Source: Octopus sinensis (lineage: Eukaryota). Taken from it: a stretch of 64,000 nt of DNA. The position numbers and the translations under genes were made by a program. Positions 62,386 to 64,000 of this stretch are shown here, piece by piece. The stretch's first letter is position 1. Every line of letters starts with the position of its first letter. The DNA lies in NCBI RefSeq assembly GCF_006345805.1, contig NC_042997.1, positions 98,580,001-98,644,000 on the forward strand, read 5' to 3'. The notes below the pieces were generated by a model. It was not told where the DNA came from. It worked only from the letters and a program-made list of their open reading frames with translations, and searched no databases.

Positions 62386-62786
62386 CAAATAAGAAAATGG
62401 AGGAGAACAATAGGTGGTTCAGAAATTTTTGGACATTAGAATGTTAACTTATTTATTAAATTGATAATTATAATAACATACATACATATAGCATATTATT
62501 TTTTACGTATAACTCATCAGATATAAAATACAGTATTATATAAGGATATCAGTGATTATCATAAAAAATATGAATATACCAATTTTTATTCATGTTTTTA
62601 TAATAATTACTGGTATCCTTATATATTACTATATTTTATAGCTGATATCTTATACGTAAAGAATAATATGCTATATGTATGTATGTTATTATAATTATCA
62701 GTTTAATAAATAAATAAGTTAACATTTTAATGTCCAAAACTTGATGAACCACCTATTGTTCTCCTCCATTTTCTTATTTGCGATAT
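62380..62786. mobile_element. MITE-like element, nearly wholly palindromic
   Basis: Perfect outer IR of about 40 bp, ATATCGCAAATAAGAAAATGGAGGAGAACAATAGGTGGTTC. Imperfect pairing continues to the centre near 62583. Confidence 0.85.
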
Positions 62787-62959
62787 GAATTAATGGTAAA
62801 ATATATCTTTACCTTCACTCATTTAGTAGACTAGGTAATGTAATTGCAATGCAATAAAAAAACATTTGTGTATTAATAATTGGGTATTCTACCAGCAGTA
62901 TATTGGATAGATATTATCCCTTAGTCGGTTGGATTCACAAACCGTACCGTTCTTGGAAT

Positions 62960-63002
<43 letters not shown>

Positions 63003-63019
63003 TGTGTGTATGTGTGTGT

Positions 63020-63326
63020 GGAGGCGCTATGGCCCAGTGGTTAGGGCAGCGGACTCGCGGTCGTAGGATCGCGGTTTCGATTCCCAGGCTGAGCATTGTG
63101 AGTGTTTCTTGAGCGAAAACACCTAAAGCTCCACGAGGCTCCGGCAGGGGATGGTGGCGATCCCTGCTGTACTCTTTCGCCGCAACTTTCTCTCATTCTT
63201 TCTTCTGTTGGCCTGCTCGCTTAGCCAGCGGGGTGGCGTCATTTGAAGGCTAAAACAATGCAAAGCGCATTGTGACCAGCGATGTGTAGCAACATCTAAT
63301 AGCCTGGTCGGTCACGGTGATCACGG
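63020..63326 (+). mobile_element. tRNA-derived SINE, family A, full length
   Basis: Colinear with the reverse complement of 2941-3241. Confidence 0.9.
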
Positions 63327-63379
63327 TAATATATATATACACACACAGACAGATGGACAGACAGATAGATAAATAGATA

Positions 63380-63439
<60 letters not shown>

Positions 63440-63473
63440 TATATGTATGCATGTATGTATGTGTGTGTGTGTG

Positions 63474-63516
<43 letters not shown>

Positions 63517-64000
63517 GTTCACTATATTTCAAAAGAAAAGTTAATTCGGCAGCATTAACAGTATATCACTTTTTACGATAAAAAGAATTCTGATCCTTCA
63601 TATAGTATGTTTTTTGTAAATTTCTAAATTTCATTTCAATAAACCTTCGTCTTTTATGCTCAAACATTAACTAGCATTCACTATAGTATAATGCAACATC
63701 TAATAAGATGTTACTACTTCATACTATGAAATATTTCTTTAATAGACTGATATTTTCCTGCTTCTTAGCTTCTGACAGTCATTCTGAATTTCCTTTCATC
63801 ACAGCAAAGATTTTCAGATGATATTAATACAACATCAATAGTATTCGCTGATGGTAATTTATTATTGTCACTTTAAAAGAACAGATATAATGGAGTAGTT
63901 TTATGTTTCATACGAATTTTTACGTTGTAGTACATCCTACATCCTATTGCTTATTATTTGGCGCTTTTATGATTTTCTGTTCTGCTTGGAGAATTCCTTC

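Overview
AT-rich, microsatellite-dense animal genomic DNA, probably from a coleoid cephalopod (Octopus-like). That is inferred from the SINE families and composition, not checked. Almost all recognisable sequence is transposon-derived: a near full-length but disrupted Penelope-like element (RT + GIY-YIG) with inverted pLTRs, a second Penelope ORF fragment, CR1/Jockey-like and RTE-like LINEs, a deleted Mag-type Gypsy LTR element, mariner, maT-like, pogo and Chapaev3 DNA transposon remnants, two Helitrons and at least four tRNA-derived SINE families. I found no host gene I can name; there are only low-confidence candidate exons. The most interesting layer is RNA-structural. Three unrelated families of minimal type I hammerhead ribozyme motifs are present. 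One sits behind a tRNA-derived Pol III head, forming a SINE-ribozyme chimera. One carries a family-wide A6-to-U core change. Ribozyme-bearing tails repeatedly occur head-to-head, including a perfect palindrome with 209-bp arms and a centrally collapsed relative of it. All calls were made by eye from the sequence; no searches were run.
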